NCBI GenBank assembly: GCA_963767925.1
Contig: CAVYGB010000008.1
Coordinates: forward strand, 2,912,001 to 2,976,000
Direction of reading: 5' to 3'
Source: an uncultured delta proteobacterium
GTDB taxonomy: Bacteria > Myxococcota_A > Polyangia > Fen-1088
DNA: 64,000 bases
Shown here: positions 18,586 through 29,611 of the stretch, one piece after another
Position numbering within the stretch: the first letter of the stretch is position 1
How the letters are laid out: each line of letters opens with the position of its first letter
Made by a program: the position numbers and the translations under genes
The notes under the pieces: model-generated
The model's database searches: none
Told to the model about the DNA's origin: nothing
The model's input: only the letters and a program-made list of their open reading frames with translations

Positions 18586-20229
18586 ATGCGCTGGGAGCAG
18601 ACCTACAGTCCGGTCGGCGGCGGCGTCCTGATCTCGGCCCTGGTGGCGGCGGTGCCGGTGGTGGTGCTGCTGGGCAGCCTGGCCTTGCTGCACATGCGGC
18701 CCCACCGGGCGGCCTTGCTGGGGCTGCTCGCCTCGGGGGCGGTCGCCATCGGGGTGTTTGGCATGCCGGTCCCGCTGGCGGCCGCGGCGGCGGGCTACGG
18801 CGCCGCCTTCGGGCTCTTCCCGATCGGCTGGATCGTCCTCAACGCCATCTTCCTCTACGACGTCACGGTGGCCACCGGGCAGTTCGACGTCCTCCGGCGC
18901 AGCGTGGCCGGGCTGGCCAGCGACCGCCGGATCCAGGCCCTGCTCATCGCCTTCAGCTTCGGGGCCTTCATGGAAGGCGCGGCCGGCTTCGGCACGCCGG
19001 TGGCCATCTCGGCCGCCATGTTGATAGGCCTCGGGTTCCGGCCCCTGCAGGCCGCCGGCCTGACCCTGCTGGGCAACACCGCCCCCGTCGCCTTCGGCGC
19101 CCTCGGCACGCCCCTCATCGCGCTGGCCGCCGTGACCGGGCTGCCCCTCGGCGATCTGTCGGCGATGGTGGGGCGGCAGCTCCCCTTCTTTGCCCTGCTC
19201 ATCCCCTTCTGGATGATCGCGGCCATGGCCGGGCTGCGCGGCCTGCGCGACGTGTGGCCAGCCTGCCTGGTGGCCGGGGCCAGCTTCGGCCTGGCCCAGC
19301 TCGCGCTCAGCAACCTGCACGGCCCCTGGCTGGTCGACGTGCTGGGGGCCGCCGTGTCGATGCTGTCGCTGGTGCTGCTGCTCCGGTTCTGGCAGCCCCG
19401 CACGGTCTGGCGGTTCGAGCACGACGCCCCCGCCGGCGCCGAGGCGGCCGACCCCGCCGGCCCGCCCGACCGGCGGGCCACCGCCCGGGCCTGGATGCCC
19501 TGGGTGCTCCTGTCGCTGTTCGTGTTCGTCTGGGGCATCCCGGCGGTCAAGCGCGCGCTCGACGGCCTGTTCGCCCTGCGCCTCCCGGTGCCCCTGCTGC
19601 ACCAGGCGGTGGTGCGCATCCCCCCGGTGGCGCCCCGCCCGGAGCCGGAGAACGCCATCTTCAACCTCAACCTCCTGTCGGCGGCCGGCACCGCGATCCT
19701 GCTGGCCACCGTCGTCTCGGGCCTGCTGCTTGGCCTGCGCCCGGGGCGGCTGCTGGCCCTGTACGGGCGGGCCCTGCTGCGCGTGCGCCTGTCGCTGCTG
19801 ACCATCGCCGCGATGATGGCGCTGGGGTTCGTGACCCGCTATTCCGGCTCGGACACGACCATGGGCCTGGCCTTCGCCTCCACCGGCTGGCTGTTCCCCT
19901 TCTTCTCGCCCCTGCTCGGCTGGCTGGGCGTCGCGCTCACCGGCAGCGACACCTCGTCGAACGTGCTGTTCGGAAACCTGCAGAAGGTCTCGGCCGAGCA
20001 GATCGGCGTCTCGCCCATCCTCACCGCTTCGGCCAACAGCTCGGGCGGGGTGATGGGGAAGATGATCGACGCCCAGAGCATCGTGGTGGCCAGCGTGGCC
20101 ACCGGGTCGGGGGCCAGCGCCAGCGCGATCCTCCGCTACGTTTTTTGGCACAGCTTCGTGCTGGCGCTGCTGGTGGGAGGGCTGGTCCTCGCGCAGGCCT
20201 ATCTATTCCCGGGCATGATCCCGCGCTGA
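18586..20229 (+). CDS. lctP: L-lactate/glycolate permease (LctP family)
   Basis: [70 protein letters not shown]. Confidence 0.92.
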   Translation: MRWEQTYSPVGGGVLISALVAAVPVVVLLGSLALLHMRPHRAALLGLLASGAVAIGVFGMPVPLAAAAAGYGAAFGLFPIGWIVLNAIFLYDVTVATGQFDVLRRSVAGLASDRRIQALLIAFSFGAFMEGAAGFGTPVAISAAMLIGLGFRPLQAAGLTLLGNTAPVAFGALGTPLIALAAVTGLPLGDLSAMVGRQLPFFALLIPFWMIAAMAGLRGLRDVWPACLVAGASFGLAQLALSNLHGPWLVDVLGAAVSMLSLVLLLRFWQPRTVWRFEHDAPAGAEAADPAGPPDRRATARAWMPWVLLSLFVFVWGIPAVKRALDGLFALRLPVPLLHQAVVRIPPVAPRPEPENAIFNLNLLSAAGTAILLATVVSGLLLGLRPGRLLALYGRALLRVRLSLLTIAAMMALGFVTRYSGSDTTMGLAFASTGWLFPFFSPLLGWLGVALTGSDTSSNVLFGNLQKVSAEQIGVSPILTASANSSGGVMGKMIDAQSIVVASVATGSGASASAILRYVFWHSFVLALLVGGLVLAQAYLFPGMIPR

Positions 20230-20280
20230 AACCGGCAAAGGTGGAGCGGCGCGCGACCGGCCGATATAATGCGATCCCAC

Positions 20281-20670
20281 ATGCCGAGGAAATCGCTCTC
20301 TCTCCTGCTGGCAGGCGCGCTCGCGCTGGCCGCGCTGCTGCCGGCGCCCGCGGCCCAGGCCCGGGATCTGGTGCGCGCCGCCGCCGCCGCCGCCCTGGCC
20401 CTCGCCGACGAGACCCCCCCGCCCACCCGGACGCAGGTCATCGCCAAGCAACAGCAGGACGAGGCCGCCCGGGCCGAGGCGCGCAAGCAGCAGCAGCGGG
20501 CCGACGTCCCCTATTACAAGAAGTGGTGGTTCTGGGCCCTGACCGCCGCGGTCGTCGGGGGTACCGTGGCCCTGGGAGTCTGGGCCATCGAGCCGAGCGA
20601 CCAGCCGGCCCGCGCCTGCACCCCGGGCGCCCTCGGGTGCTTCGGGGACGGTCGGAGTCAGCCCCTATGA
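20281..20670 (+). CDS. small exported protein with a PYYKKWWFW membrane tail
   Basis: Signal peptide ending AQA; PYYKKWWFW followed by a TM helix, as in many myxobacterial proteins; TATAAT at 20265-20270. Confidence 0.7.
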   Translation: MPRKSLSLLLAGALALAALLPAPAAQARDLVRAAAAAALALADETPPPTRTQVIAKQQQDEAARAEARKQQQRADVPYYKKWWFWALTAAVVGGTVALGVWAIEPSDQPARACTPGALGCFGDGRSQPL

Positions 20671-21089
20671 AGTCCCGCCCCACCTCTCCGGCCTGGGCTG
20701 CCCTCGGTGGCCTGACCCTGCTGGCCCTGCCCGCCTGCTCCGAGCCGATCGACTACGGGTACTTCGCCGTGAAGGTCACGGTCGACGCGCCCGCCGACGC
20801 CGACTATCTGGCCCGCATCGCCGCCTGTGGCGTGAACGTGGACGGGGTCGACGTCGACTTCGGCTCGCTCGCCTGCGCCGAGAACCGCTTCACCCAGCGC
20901 GAGCTGGGGACCTTCGAGTGGAGCACCAACACTCCCGGCGGCACGGTCGAGTTCACCGTGACGCTCAAGAGCATCATCGGCCGCGTGCTCGGCACGGGCA
21001 AGTCGGCCCCGGTCGCGATCTCCCCCGGAAACACGGTGGAAGCATCGGTGCTGGTCACCCCCGCCCCCGACGCCCTAACGCCACAGTAG
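20667..21089 (+). CDS. beta-rich lipoprotein, hypothetical
   Basis: ATGA overlap with the previous gene; signal peptide ending LPAC; GC3-rich codons. Confidence 0.7.
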   Translation: MKSRPTSPAWAALGGLTLLALPACSEPIDYGYFAVKVTVDAPADADYLARIAACGVNVDGVDVDFGSLACAENRFTQRELGTFEWSTNTPGGTVEFTVTLKSIIGRVLGTGKSAPVAISPGNTVEASVLVTPAPDALTPQ

Positions 21090-21146
21090 TCGGGACCCTC
21101 GCAGGGTCCCGCCCCCCCGCGAAGCTTCGCGCCGAGCAAGCTCGGC
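21086..21146. repeat. GTAG-led REP-like hairpin cluster between convergent genes
   Basis: GTAG then CGGGACCCT-cgc-AGGGTCCCG (21091-21111), palindrome CGCGAAGCTTCGCG (21118-21131), GCCGAGC-aa-GCTCGGC (21131-21146). Confidence 0.5.
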
Positions 21147-21180
21147 GGCTCGAGAACCGCCAAAGATTCCGGACCTCCGG

Positions 21181-22572
<1,392 letters not shown>

Positions 22573-22766
22573 CGAACCCGGGTTGCAGTCGGATTGAGCC
22601 ACGCCGAGTGCGCGCAGCATACGGTCAAACCCATCGGTCGTAAACCCCCCGTCCCCGGCCCGTCCCCAGCAACGATCGGCAGGATTGCCGACGGTGTAAC
22701 GCTTCGATGTCCTATCGGGTCGTCATGTTGAGCCGCATGGGAGCGTGTTAGTCTCCTGCCGGCGGA

Positions 22767-23684
22767 ATGAGCACGAACGCGGCGGACGGTGTAAATCGCG
22801 GCTTCTTGACCGGGAGAACGGTGCAGTGGTTTGCCCAGCTCGCCGGGGACTGGAATCCGCGCGACCTGCGCGACGGCGGGGGCTTCGCCGAGCTCATGGC
22901 CGCGCTGCTCAGCCTGGGGGCCGAGCCGGGGGACATCTGGTTCAACCACAAGCCCCGGGAGGAAGACGCGGGGGAGATCTTCCGCCGCCTCTCGCAGCGG
23001 GACCTGCTGGTGCTCCCCACCCGCCCGCCCCTGCACGACAAGGGGGAGGGCCAGCCCCGCCGCCACCTGCGCCCCAGCAGCACCGCGCTCGAGCGCGCCG
23101 TGCACGGCCCCTTCGAGCTGTTCTTCCAGCGCTGCGCCCGCAACGCCGTCACCCTCGCCGAGGAGCCCGCCCGCCGCCTCGATGCCGAGCGCAAGAACCG
23201 CCGCTCGACCACTTACTACCAGTACACGCGCAACGGCCTGGAGGTGACCTGGGCCTTTTACAAGACCCTCGAGGGGCGCAAGCCACCCAACAGCCGCGAC
23301 CGCAGCACGGCGGTCTTCCTCGTGCACGTCCCCCAGCTCTGGAAGGACGGGCCCGGCATGCTCAGCGCCTTCGGCATGGGGGCCAACGAGACCCTGCTCT
23401 GGTGCCACATCCTGCGCACCCGCATGCGGCAGCTCCTGATCGACGTGCTCCGCTCGAGCTCGCCCCGCTTCGTGATGTGCGAGCTGGGGACCACCGCCGC
23501 CTGGACCTCGGAGCCCCTGCGAGCCCCGCTCGACCTCCTCACCCTGACCGCGGCCGCCGAGCACTGGCAGGTCGAGCCCATCGTCGACTTCAGCGCCCTC
23601 ACCTGGGCCCCGCCCCTGCCCGAGACCTTCACCGTCCCCCCCGCCCGCGCCGGCGCCACCCGGGGCGTCGTCACGAGGCATTGA
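22767..23684 (+). CDS. hypothetical protein (305 aa)
   Basis: Normal protein composition and GC3-rich codons; no family recognised. Confidence 0.7.
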   Translation: MSTNAADGVNRGFLTGRTVQWFAQLAGDWNPRDLRDGGGFAELMAALLSLGAEPGDIWFNHKPREEDAGEIFRRLSQRDLLVLPTRPPLHDKGEGQPRRHLRPSSTALERAVHGPFELFFQRCARNAVTLAEEPARRLDAERKNRRSTTYYQYTRNGLEVTWAFYKTLEGRKPPNSRDRSTAVFLVHVPQLWKDGPGMLSAFGMGANETLLWCHILRTRMRQLLIDVLRSSSPRFVMCELGTTAAWTSEPLRAPLDLLTLTAAAEHWQVEPIVDFSALTWAPPLPETFTVPPARAGATRGVVTRH

Positions 23685-23708
23685 TTACAGACGCCTCGGG
23701 GGGCTGCG

Positions 23709-23960
23709 TCAGGTGCGGGGTTTGGGGGGTGGGAAGAAGCGGCGGCGGGCGGCCAGCATGGCCACCAGCAGGGAGGTCAACGCCACCGCGCGCAGCACCT
23801 TGACCCGGCGGGCCCGCTGGCGCAGGACCTCGTAGTAGGCGTGGGCCTCGTCGACCGGGAGCTTGCGCAGGATGGCCTCCTCCTGCTTGAGGCGGACGCC
23901 GTCGGACAGATGGGCGCCCAGCGCCAGGATCAGCACCACGAGCAGGACGCCGGTCAGCAC
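23709..23960 (-). CDS. small two-TM membrane protein (paralog B)
   Basis: Two hydrophobic helices flanking AILRKLPVDEAHAYYEVLRQRARRV. Confidence 0.7.
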   Translation of the reverse strand: MLTGVLLVVLILALGAHLSDGVRLKQEEAILRKLPVDEAHAYYEVLRQRARRVKVLRAVALTSLLVAMLAARRRFFPPPKPRT

Positions 23961-23967
23961 GGAGCCC

Positions 23968-24204
23968 TCACCGCTGCCCGCCCCCCAGCGCCAGGTCGAC
24001 GACCGCCGCCACGCCGACCAGGCCCAGCACCACCGTGACCACCAGCATGACCCGCTCGCTGCCGCGCCGGCGCGCCTCGTAGCCGTCGCGGGCCTTCCGC
24101 CCGGGCTGCTTCTCCAGGACGGCCAGCCGGTAGCGCTCCTGCAGGTATTGCCCGGCCACCGCCGCGGCCGCCGCCAGCACCAGCACGATCCGCAGGAGCT
24201 GCAT
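23968..24204 (-). CDS. small two-TM membrane protein (paralog A)
   Basis: Two hydrophobic helices flanking AVLEKQPGRKARDGYEARRRGSERV; ATG overlaps the kinase stop (TGATG). Confidence 0.7.
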   Translation of the reverse strand: MQLLRIVLVLAAAAAVAGQYLQERYRLAVLEKQPGRKARDGYEARRRGSERVMLVVTVVLGLVGVAAVVDLALGGGQR

Positions 24205-25985
24205 CAGCCCCCCAGCTCCTTGAGCGCGGCATCGATGTCTCTTCGCACGCAGTCGTTCCCTCCGCTCACTATGCCACCCATGGGGCCCCGCGCGCCGCGC
24301 GCCTTGCGCAAGCGGGTGACGGCCCGACGGTCGCCGGTGGCGCCGAGGCGGCGGATCGCCTCGCGCTTTTCCTCGCAGGTGCGAGCCTGCGTCAAGTCGA
24401 GCGCGTAGCTCTCGACCTGGTCCACTTGCGCGACGCAGCCGGCCCTGTCGCAGGCGGCGCGGGCGCTGGCCCGGAGGTCGGCGCGCCGATCCCGACTGGC
24501 GATCCGGGCCAGGTCCTCCCCGGCCGGGGCGCCGATCTCCGCCATCAGATCGAGGGCGGCCGAGGCGAGCTTGCGGTCCTTGTCCGCGACCAAGGCCCGG
24601 GTATTTAGCAGCAAGGCCGGGTCGGCGCGAAGGCCGGGGTCCAGCTCGAGCGCCGCGGCGTAGCCGGCCACCGCCGCCGTCGGGCGCTTCTCGACGAAGT
24701 CGAGGTGACCGAGCAGGTAGTGGACCCGCGCCTCGCGCGGGAACCGGGACAGGAGCTGCAGCAGCCGGGCCCGCGCCTCGGTGAACCGCCCGCTGGCCAG
24801 GGCCTCGTCGGCCTGCTGCAGGGGGATCTGCATCGCGGTCGCCACCGCCCGCCGCCCGGGGGCCGACACCAGCCGGTCGGCCTTGAAGCAGAGCGAGGAG
24901 GCCACCACGAGCAGCACGACCACTCCCAGCACCCCCGCCACCGGGGACCAGCGCTGCAGCTCGCCGGGCTGCCGCCGGTAGCGCGCCGCCACCTCGCGCG
25001 CCATCGCCCGCAGGCGCGCCCAGACCTGGCGCGCGCCGGTCATCGCCGCCGTCACCGCGGCCGGGGCCATCGCCAGCTCCAGCCCGGCCAGGGCCGCGGC
25101 GAAGTCGCCCGCGCTCTGGTAACGGCGGGTGCGGTCCTTCTCCAGGGCCCGCATGACGACCGCCTCCAGCGCGGCCGGCAGGTGCAGCTCGGGCGCGACC
25201 GAGGCGAAGGCGGGCGGCGCCCGGGTGACCTGCATGGCCAGCACCTTGACGAGGTCGCTGGCCATGAACGGCTTTCGCCCGGTCAACATCTCGTAGAGCA
25301 TGACGCCGCAGGCGTAGAGATCGGCCCGGTGGTCGGTGTCCTGGCCGGTGGCCTGCTCGGGCGACATGTAGCTGGGGGTGCCGAACACGACCGATGCCTG
25401 GGTCAGGGGCCGGTCGCCAGGGGGCAGCTCCTGGGTCAGCTTGGCCACCCCGAAGTCGAGGATCTTCACCGTGTCCTCGCTCTGCCCGTCGGGCGACCGG
25501 GTGAGCATGACGTTGGCCGGCTTGAGGTCGCGGTGGACCACGCCCTCGGCGTGGGCGTGGGCCAGGGCGGCCAGCATCTGGCGGGCGATCCCCAGGGCCC
25601 GGGGCAGGGGCAGGTTGCGGGCCTCCTCGATGGCGTCGTCCAGGCTCCGCCCGGGGACGAACTCCATCACCAGGTACAGCTCTCCCGACTCGGCCCGCCC
25701 GAAGTCGGTGACCGTGATGATGTTCGGATGGGACAGCCGGCTGGCCGACTGGGCCTCGCGCTCGAAGCGCCGGACCATGTCCTCGACCTGGCCGAGCTCG
25801 CCGTGCAAGAGCTTGAGGGCCACGGTCTTCTTCATCAACGTGTGCTCGGCCCGGTAGACCGCGCCCATCCCACCCACCCCGACCTTGTGGAGCAGACGGT
25901 AACGTTCCCCGACCAGCTTGCCGACGAAGGGATCGGCCCCCGCCTCGGTGGCCGGCTGCGTCGGGAGGGAGCCGGAGTCGTTCAT
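24204..25985 (-). CDS. transmembrane Ser/Thr protein kinase with a C-terminal TPR/HEAT-like region
   Basis: GVGGMGAVY, VALK, HRDLKPAN, DFG, GTPSYMSPEQ; TM VAGVLGVVVLLVVA; helical repeats after it. Confidence 0.92.
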   Translation of the reverse strand: MNDSGSLPTQPATEAGADPFVGKLVGERYRLLHKVGVGGMGAVYRAEHTLMKKTVALKLLHGELGQVEDMVRRFEREAQSASRLSHPNIITVTDFGRAESGELYLVMEFVPGRSLDDAIEEARNLPLPRALGIARQMLAALAHAHAEGVVHRDLKPANVMLTRSPDGQSEDTVKILDFGVAKLTQELPPGDRPLTQASVVFGTPSYMSPEQATGQDTDHRADLYACGVMLYEMLTGRKPFMASDLVKVLAMQVTRAPPAFASVAPELHLPAALEAVVMRALEKDRTRRYQSAGDFAAALAGLELAMAPAAVTAAMTGARQVWARLRAMAREVAARYRRQPGELQRWSPVAGVLGVVVLLVVASSLCFKADRLVSAPGRRAVATAMQIPLQQADEALASGRFTEARARLLQLLSRFPREARVHYLLGHLDFVEKRPTAAVAGYAAALELDPGLRADPALLLNTRALVADKDRKLASAALDLMAEIGAPAGEDLARIASRDRRADLRASARAACDRAGCVAQVDQVESYALDLTQARTCEEKREAIRRLGATGDRRAVTRLRKARGARGPMGGIVSGGNDCVRRDIDAALKELGG

Positions 25986-26113
25986 CTTTGCCCTGGGCGC
26001 GGTCCGGTACAACGAGCGCCGGATGCGCCGGTTTACTTTACCCCACGCCCGCGATTGACCACCAAAGGTCCCGGGCAGTTGACCTCGGGGCCGCTCCCCC
26101 CATTCTGCGCCTC

Positions 26114-27214
26114 ATGGTGTTGGGTGCCGAAAACGCGCTTCGCCGGCGGCTGGCCGATCTGGTCGCCTTCGACACGCAGAACCCCAGCGGCAACGAACGC
26201 CCGCTGGCGCTGCACCTCGCGCGCGAGCTGGCGGCCCTGGGGGCGGACAACGTCGAGGCCTTCACCGCCGGCCGCCACCACGGCGTGCTGGCCCGCTTCG
26301 GAGCGGCGCCCAAGCTGCTCCTCAACGCCCACATCGACACCGTGCCCGCGAACAACGGGTACACCGCGCCTCCCCACCGCCTGGTCGAGCGCGACGGGCG
26401 CCTGTACGGCCTCGGCTCGTGCGACACGAAGGGGTCGATCGCCGCCATCCTCGAGGCGCTGGCCCAGCGCCGCTCGACGAAGGCCCCCATCCGCGACGTG
26501 GCCGTCCTGTTCTCGGGCGACGAGGAGAAGGGCGCCACCGTGGCCCGGGCCTTCCTGGCCAGCCCCCGCGTCCGCGGGCTCGAGCGGGCCATCGTGTGCG
26601 AGCCCACGAGCTGCCGGGTCGGCCACCGCCACCGGGGCATGGCCGCCGTCGAGGCGGTGGCCACCTCCCCGGGCGGCCACTCCTCGCGGGCGGACGAGTT
26701 GCCCAGCCCGATGGTGATCCTGGCCCGCGCCGCCCTGGCCCTCGACGGGCTGGGACAGCGGCACCGCGACCTGGGGACCGAGGGGTTCCGCGGCCTGTGC
26801 GTCAACGTGGCGGGCTTCGAGGGCGGCCTGGCCTTCAACGTGATCCCCTCGCGCGCCCGCCTGACCGTGTCGGTGCGCCCCCCGCCCGGCAGCAACATGC
26901 GCGCCATCCTCGGGGAGATGGAGGCGGAGGCCAAGCGGGCCGCCGCCCCCGCCTCGATCGACTGGGCGGTGGTGCACGAGAATCCGCCCTTCGCCACCCG
27001 CGAGCTGCGCGCCTTCGAGCCGCTGCTGGGCGAACGCGCGCGCAGCCCCGTCGATCTGGCCTACTGGACCGAGGCGGCGCTCTTCGCCGTCGCCGGCATC
27101 GACGCCGTCGTGTTCGGCCCCGGCGACATCGCCCAGGCCCACGGCGCCGACGAGTTCGTCGAGATCGCGCAGCTCGAGATCGCGCGCGATGCCTTCATCG
27201 CCCTGCTGTCTTGA
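26114..27214 (+). CDS. argE: acetylornithine deacetylase / M20 family amidohydrolase
   Basis: NAHIDTVP, LYGLGSCDTKG, FSGDEE, VCEPT, GGHSS, GPGDIAQAHGADEFV; next to an arginine-pathway gene. Confidence 0.85.
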   Translation: MVLGAENALRRRLADLVAFDTQNPSGNERPLALHLARELAALGADNVEAFTAGRHHGVLARFGAAPKLLLNAHIDTVPANNGYTAPPHRLVERDGRLYGLGSCDTKGSIAAILEALAQRRSTKAPIRDVAVLFSGDEEKGATVARAFLASPRVRGLERAIVCEPTSCRVGHRHRGMAAVEAVATSPGGHSSRADELPSPMVILARAALALDGLGQRHRDLGTEGFRGLCVNVAGFEGGLAFNVIPSRARLTVSVRPPPGSNMRAILGEMEAEAKRAAAPASIDWAVVHENPPFATRELRAFEPLLGERARSPVDLAYWTEAALFAVAGIDAVVFGPGDIAQAHGADEFVEIAQLEIARDAFIALLS

Positions 27215-27227
27215 GCCCGAGGTCGCC

Positions 27228-28410
27228 ATGGATCCGGAGGTCGTACGCCGCTTCCTCGAGAGCGTCGGGCAGAAGGCCGACGTCGACCTGTACCTGAAGC
27301 TGTTCCGGTCGCAGGAGAAGGAGAGCTTCGCCATCATCGCCGCCGACGCCCAGATGGTGCGCACGGCGCTCGACCCCTTCCACTTCGACCTGCGCATCCT
27401 GGCCGGCATCGGCCTGCACCCGGTGGTGCTGCTGGGCCTGTTCGACGCCAAGGACGCCGACCGCCAGGCCCAGCGGGTCTACGAGTGGCTGGTCGAGGAC
27501 CAGGTCCCGGCCCGCATCGTCGAGGCGGGGGCGGCCATGGCCCCCGCCGACGTCGACCTCATCCGCCACACCATCCGGGGCAACACCATCCCCATCGTCT
27601 CGCTGGAGGAGGCGCGCGAGGGCAAGACCGACTGCCCGCTTCAACCTGCTGTCGGCCCTGGCCACCGCCCTCGGCACCCGCAAGGTCATCTTCCTCTCGC
27701 CCAGCCCGGGGCTGGAGCGGGAGGGGGCTCCCCACATCTCGGGCGTGAACCTCAACGTCGACTACGAGCGCCTGCTGGGCGCCCGCGGCCAGCTCGCCCG
27801 CCGCCACTACACCCTGCTGCGCCAGGTGAAGGAGCTGCTCGACGAGGTCCCGCAGCGGATGAGCGTGGCGGTGGTCAACCCCCTGGCCCTGCTGCGCGAG
27901 CTGTTCACCGTGAGCGGGGCCGGCACCCTGATCCGCAAGGGATCGCGCATCGAGATCCACGCCGACCTCGCCCGCGTCGACCGGGGCCGCCTGCGCGTGC
28001 TGCTCGAGTCGGCCTTCGGGCGGCCGCTGCGCGAGGAGGCCTTCGACGGCGAGGTCGAGCGGGTCTACCTCGAGGAGAACTACCTCGGCGCCGCCCTGCT
28101 CTCCCCCTGCCCCATCGCCTCGTACCTGTCGAAGTTCGCGGTCGAGCGGGCCGCCCAGGGCGAAGGCATCGGCACCGACCTGTGGTCGATCCTGGTGCGC
28201 GACTACCCCTCCTTCTTCTGGCGCTCGCGCCCGGACAACCCCATCACCCCCTGGTACGCCAAGCAGTGCGACGGCCTCGTGCGCACGCCCGAGTGGCACG
28301 TGTTCTGGCGCGGCCTGCCCCCCAGCCGGGTCGAGGCGGCGGTGACCTTCGCCCTCGGCCAGCCCGCCGACTTCCTGCAGCCGCTACCCGCCGCCGCCCA
28401 GGCCGGCTGA
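27228..28410 (+). CDS. N-acetylglutamate synthase-like protein (AAK-like domain plus DUF619 NAT domain), frameshifted near 27633
   Basis: N-terminus resembles NAGS/K proteins; LLRELFTVSGAGTLIRKG, YLSKFAV...AQGEGIG, FFWRSRPDNPITPWY..QCDG; halves join by removing T27633. Confidence 0.8.
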
Positions 28411-29589
28411 CCCGGGCGGCGGCCGGTCCACCCGCGACAGCGGCAGCAGCAGCAGGGCGACGAGGGCCAGGACGGCGCCCGTCGAGAAAGCCGTTGGCGG
28501 GCCGAAGCGCTGGTAGAGCAGTCCGAACAGCGCGCTAGCTGGCAGCAGCGTGACGCCGAGGCAGAGGTGGTAGGCCCCGTACCCACGGGCCCGGGCGGCC
28601 GCCGGCACGAGATCCGCGACCAGGGCCTTCTGCGCGCCGCCGACGAGCGCGTGGTGAAAGGCGTAGACCGTGAAGACGACGATGAAGCCGTTCAGCCCGT
28701 CGGCCAGCGCGAACCCGGCGTAGACGAGGGCGTACAGCGCCCAGCCGGCGGCCAGCGCCCGCCGGCGGCCGATCCGGTCGGCCAGGCCGCCCCCCCAGGC
28801 GGTGGCGGCCGCCTTGATCCCGTTGTGAAAGGCCCAGAGCAGCGGGATGGCGGCGGCCGGCAACCCGAGCTGGTTCGCGCGCAGCAGGAGGAACGCGTCG
28901 GCCGATCCGCCGAGGGCGAACACCGTGACCGCCGCCAGGTAGCCGAGAAACGGCCGGGAAAACGGCGCCGGGGAGGGCGAAGCCGGGGGGACCGCTCCCC
29001 GAAGCGTGGTCAGCGGGGCCGGCGGTGGCTCGCGCACCACCACCCCCACGACGAGGCAGGCCAGCGTGGCGGGAACGGCGCTGGCCAGGAACACCGACGG
29101 CAGCGACGCGCCCAGGGCCAGCAGCCCGGCCGCCGCCAGCGGCCCCGCCACCGCCCCGGCGTGATCCATCGCCTCGTGCACCCCGAAGGCCCGTCCCCGC
29201 TGCTCGGGCGCGACGACGTCGGCGATGAGCGCGTCGCGGGGGCTGGAGCGCACCCCCTTGCCGAACCGATCGATGAGCCGGATGGCGAGCACCGCGCCCG
29301 CGCTGCTGGCCAGGGCCAGGAAAGGCCGGGCCGCCGAGGCGACGAGGTACCCTGCCACCACGAACGGCTTGCGCCGCCGCGTGCGGTCCGAGGCGTAACC
29401 CGCCGCCAGCTTCAGCAGGCTGGCCAGCATCTCGGCCGCCCCCTCGATGAGTCCGAGGACCGCCGGACCGGCCCCGATGGAGGTGGCCAGGAACAGCGGC
29501 AACAGCGGGTAGATCATGTCGCTGGCCGCGTCGTTGAGCAGGCTCGTGAGCCCCAGCGCATAAACGGTAGCGGGCAGTTTTCGCCGCAC
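28384..29589 (-). CDS. MFS transporter
   Basis: SLLNDAASDMIYPLLP, GYASDRTRRRKP, DRFGKGVRSSPRDALIAD, GGLADRIGRR; about 12 TM. Confidence 0.9.
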   Translation of the reverse strand: MRRKLPATVYALGLTSLLNDAASDMIYPLLPLFLATSIGAGPAVLGLIEGAAEMLASLLKLAAGYASDRTRRRKPFVVAGYLVASAARPFLALASSAGAVLAIRLIDRFGKGVRSSPRDALIADVVAPEQRGRAFGVHEAMDHAGAVAGPLAAAGLLALGASLPSVFLASAVPATLACLVVGVVVREPPPAPLTTLRGAVPPASPSPAPFSRPFLGYLAAVTVFALGGSADAFLLLRANQLGLPAAAIPLLWAFHNGIKAAATAWGGGLADRIGRRRALAAGWALYALVYAGFALADGLNGFIVVFTVYAFHHALVGGAQKALVADLVPAAARARGYGAYHLCLGVTLLPASALFGLLYQRFGPPTAFSTGAVLALVALLLLPLSRVDRPPPGSAGLGGGG

Positions 29590-29611
29590 GGGTGGCGGGT
29601 ATACTGCGCCC
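29590..29611. promoter_or_regulatory. 22-bp divergent intergenic region with a -10-like TATACT
   Basis: TATACT at 29600-29605, 6 nt before ATG 29612; the overlapping GTATAC palindrome gives TATACC on the minus strand. Confidence 0.5.
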
